The notes under the pieces: model-generated | Database searches by the model: none | Seen by the model: the letters and a program-made list of their open reading frames with translations, nothing else | What the model was told of the DNA's origin: nothing | Program-made: the position numbers and the translations under genes | Origin: a bacterium | Lineage (GTDB): Bacteria; SZUA-182; DTGQ01; JAFGSM01 | Assembly (NCBI GenBank): GCA_049472315.1 | Contig: JBLIRN010000018.1 | Coordinates: 1-59,871, forward strand | Length of the DNA stretch: 59,871 nucleotides | Direction of reading: 5' to 3' | In this document: one piece after another, positions 57,667 to 59,871 of the stretch | Numbering within the stretch: position 1 is the stretch's first letter | Layout of the letters: each line of letters starts with the position of its first letter

Positions 57667-59408
57667 CCAGCGTCACCAAGGAACATGGCACGCGCACCAT
57701 GGGGAATATCGTCGCACTGATCCCCGCCCGGGGAGGATCGAAGGGGATCCCCCGGAAGAACCTCATGCCTTTCAACGGGAGGCCCCTGGTGAGCTATGTC
57801 ATCACCGAGGCCCTGAAGTGCGCGAAGATCCACCGGGTCATTGTGTCCACCGACGATGAGGAAATCGCCGGGGTGGCCAGGGATTATGGCGCTGAGGTGC
57901 CATTCCTCAGACCCAAGGAGATCTCCGGCGACCATGCCTCCTCCCTGCCTGCATTTCAGCATGCCATCCATTACATCGAGGAGGAGGAAGGCTATCGGCC
58001 GGATATCGTGGTGATCCTCTATCCCACCTCCCCGCTGCTCGAATCCTCCGTGATCGACCGGACACTGGAAAAAATGGCCACCGGCCGCTTCGACAGCGTG
58101 ATCGCCGTCAGCGAGGACCTCAAGCACTACTGGAGGGAGACCGGAGACGGATTCATGGAGCCGTTCTATCCCACCGGGGAACGGGTGGTCAGGCAGCTCC
58201 AGGTGCCGCTCCTCAAGGAGACGGGGGCCGTGTATGTGGCCACCCGGGACGTGATCATGGAGCGCAACGCCTTCTTCGGCGACCGGGTGGGGTTTGTGGA
58301 CATGGAGGAGCACAGGAACGTGGACATCGACACCCCCTTTGATTTCACAATCGCGGAGTTCATCGGCAGACAGGCGCGCATGGCCGAGAAGGTGGAGGTA
58401 AGGGTGGGTGACCGCACAATCGGGAAGGGGGCTCCCGTGTTCATCATCGCTGAGGCAGGGGTGAACCACAACGGGGACTTCGACACCGCCTGCGCCATGG
58501 TGGATACGGCACAGGAGGCGGGTGCGGACGCAGTCTCCTTCCAGCACATCGTGGGGGAACGGCTGAACAGCACTGCGGTCACCTCCAAGCTGACCATCGC
58601 CGACTGGCGGCGGTGGGAGCTTTCCTGGCCCCAGCTTAAGGAGCTTGCGGAGCGTGCCCTGCGCAAGGGGCTCCTCTTTTCCGTGTGCGTGATCGACGAG
58701 GAAAGCCTCGACTTCGTGGTCTCGCTGGGCATGTCGTTTGTTAAGGTCGTGTCCGGCGACCTCACCAATATCCCCTTCCTGCGGTATTGCGCGGGAAAGG
58801 GGCTCCCCATCCTTCTCTCCACCGGAGGCTCCACCATGACGGAGATACACGAGGCGATCCGGGCGATCGAAGGGGCAGGAAACCGGCAGATCGTCCTGTA
58901 CCACACCAATTCGAGCTATCCCACCCCACCGGATGAGGTGAATCTCGCCATCATGGAGACCCTGGAGGCGGCGTTTCCCTACCCCGTCGGCTTCTGCGAC
59001 CACTCCGTCCAGGTGATGACCAGCGTCGTTGCCGCGGCCAGGGGCGCCCGTGTCGTGGAGAAGCACTTCTCCCTGGACAGGTCGAAAAGGGGGCCCGATT
59101 TCGAGGTCTCACTGCACCCTGAGGAGCTCAGGCGCATGATCGAGGAGATCCGTTTTGCGGAGCGGGTGCTCGGGTCTCCGGAGCGCGTGGTGCTGGACTG
59201 CGAGCGGGAGACCATGAAGCTGGTGAGGAGGAGCGTGGCCTCTGCGGCGCGTATACCCAAGGGGACCATCATCACCGGGGATCACCTGGCACTGAGGAGA
59301 CCGGGCACCGGCATCCACCCCAGGGAGATGGGTTCCCTCACGGGCAAGAGGGCGCGGAAGGACATCGAGGGGAACGTGCCCATCACCCGTGACATGCTGG
59401 AAGGTTGA
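57663..59408 (+). CDS. Fusion of acylneuraminate cytidylyltransferase (NeuA/PseF-like) and NeuB-family synthase with SAF domain
   Basis: IPARGGSKGIPRKN, PTSPL and DIDT, then IAEAGVNHNG, DH, EKHF and RRPGTG. Confidence 0.92.
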   Translation: MTSVTKEHGTRTMGNIVALIPARGGSKGIPRKNLMPFNGRPLVSYVITEALKCAKIHRVIVSTDDEEIAGVARDYGAEVPFLRPKEISGDHASSLPAFQHAIHYIEEEEGYRPDIVVILYPTSPLLESSVIDRTLEKMATGRFDSVIAVSEDLKHYWRETGDGFMEPFYPTGERVVRQLQVPLLKETGAVYVATRDVIMERNAFFGDRVGFVDMEEHRNVDIDTPFDFTIAEFIGRQARMAEKVEVRVGDRTIGKGAPVFIIAEAGVNHNGDFDTACAMVDTAQEAGADAVSFQHIVGERLNSTAVTSKLTIADWRRWELSWPQLKELAERALRKGLLFSVCVIDEESLDFVVSLGMSFVKVVSGDLTNIPFLRYCAGKGLPILLSTGGSTMTEIHEAIRAIEGAGNRQIVLYHTNSSYPTPPDEVNLAIMETLEAAFPYPVGFCDHSVQVMTSVVAAARGARVVEKHFSLDRSKRGPDFEVSLHPEELRRMIEEIRFAERVLGSPERVVLDCERETMKLVRRSVASAARIPKGTIITGDHLALRRPGTGIHPREMGSLTGKRARKDIEGNVPITRDMLEG

Positions 59409-59510
59409 CCCTCTCGCCATGATCCCCCTTCCCCTTCGGAACCGAAGGCATTATGCAGTGAAGGGATGCATCATGCTGCATGAATCGCGTATAATTAAAG
59501 GGAGGAAGCC

Positions 59511-59871
59511 GTGAATCGGCGACCGGCGAAATCCTTCATCCCGCTTTTTCTGAAGAGAATGATCCTCAGGGAATACATCAGGCAGAAATACGGGGTCCGG
59601 TTTCACCGGAGCGTATCGGTTTCCCGCGACACCGTGTTCGAGGGAAGGAACGTGGTGGAGAGGGGATGCAACGTGGGGGGATCGTTCATCGGTCTCGGCA
59701 CCTACATCGCCTCGAACGCGCAGATGCCGGGCACGAGGATCGGGCGGTTCTGCTCGATCGGTCAATACGTGGAGACCTTCCTGGGCAGGCACCCCACCAG
59801 CCGTTTTGTGAGCACCCATCCCGCGTTCTTCTCCCCCGGGGCGCAGGCGGGATTCACCTTTACCAATGAGC
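59511..59871 (+). CDS. CatB-related hexapeptide O-acetyltransferase, partial (runs off the right edge; absent from the ORF track)
   Basis: GGGAGG SD and GTG 59511; reads ...SFIGLGTYIA...IGRFCSIG...GRHPTSRFVSTHPAFFS. Confidence 0.85.
   Translation, partial: MNRRPAKSFIPLFLKRMILREYIRQKYGVRFHRSVSVSRDTVFEGRNVVERGCNVGGSFIGLGTYIASNAQMPGTRIGRFCSIGQYVETFLGRHPTSRFVSTHPAFFSPGAQAGFTFTNE

Overview
GC-rich chromosomal window from a diderm (LPS-type) bacterium; I cannot assign the lineage from sequence alone. Left third is housekeeping and envelope genes: lnt, prfB with its +1 frameshift, lysS, lolE/D, clpC, bamA, skp, lpxD, uvrC, amidase-GerMN-murI-rph-rdgB and tRNA-Pro. It also holds an AT-rich hicB-hicA cassette and a divergent module of unknown function (Zn-ribbon, USP and DASS transporter opposite an RHH protein with a duplicated RLxxLGY tail and an AlkP-superfamily enzyme). 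The centre (22.6-32.7 kb) is the most unusual part. A REC-PAS-PAS-AAA+ sigma54 activator is followed by a 1312-aa repetitive secreted protein behind a sigma54-type promoter, a glutaminyl-cyclase-like lipoprotein and an IR-bounded RAYT HUH-nuclease element. Facing them is a secreted protein behind a second sigma54-type promoter, with acidic, GYGYPQQ-repeat and GLGGL-rich blocks. The right part holds trpEGDCF-rfbD, a UpxY-like antiterminator, xseAB, MOSC, feoAB and a Wza/Wzc/Wzx polysaccharide locus. That locus has pseudaminic-acid genes and an atypical cytidylyltransferase-NeuB fusion, and is interrupted by two AT-rich two-gene cassettes. A dispersed REP/MITE-like repeat family occurs at about 7 intergenic sites. 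No CRISPR-cas or rRNA was seen. All functional calls rest on motif recognition by eye; no database searches were run.
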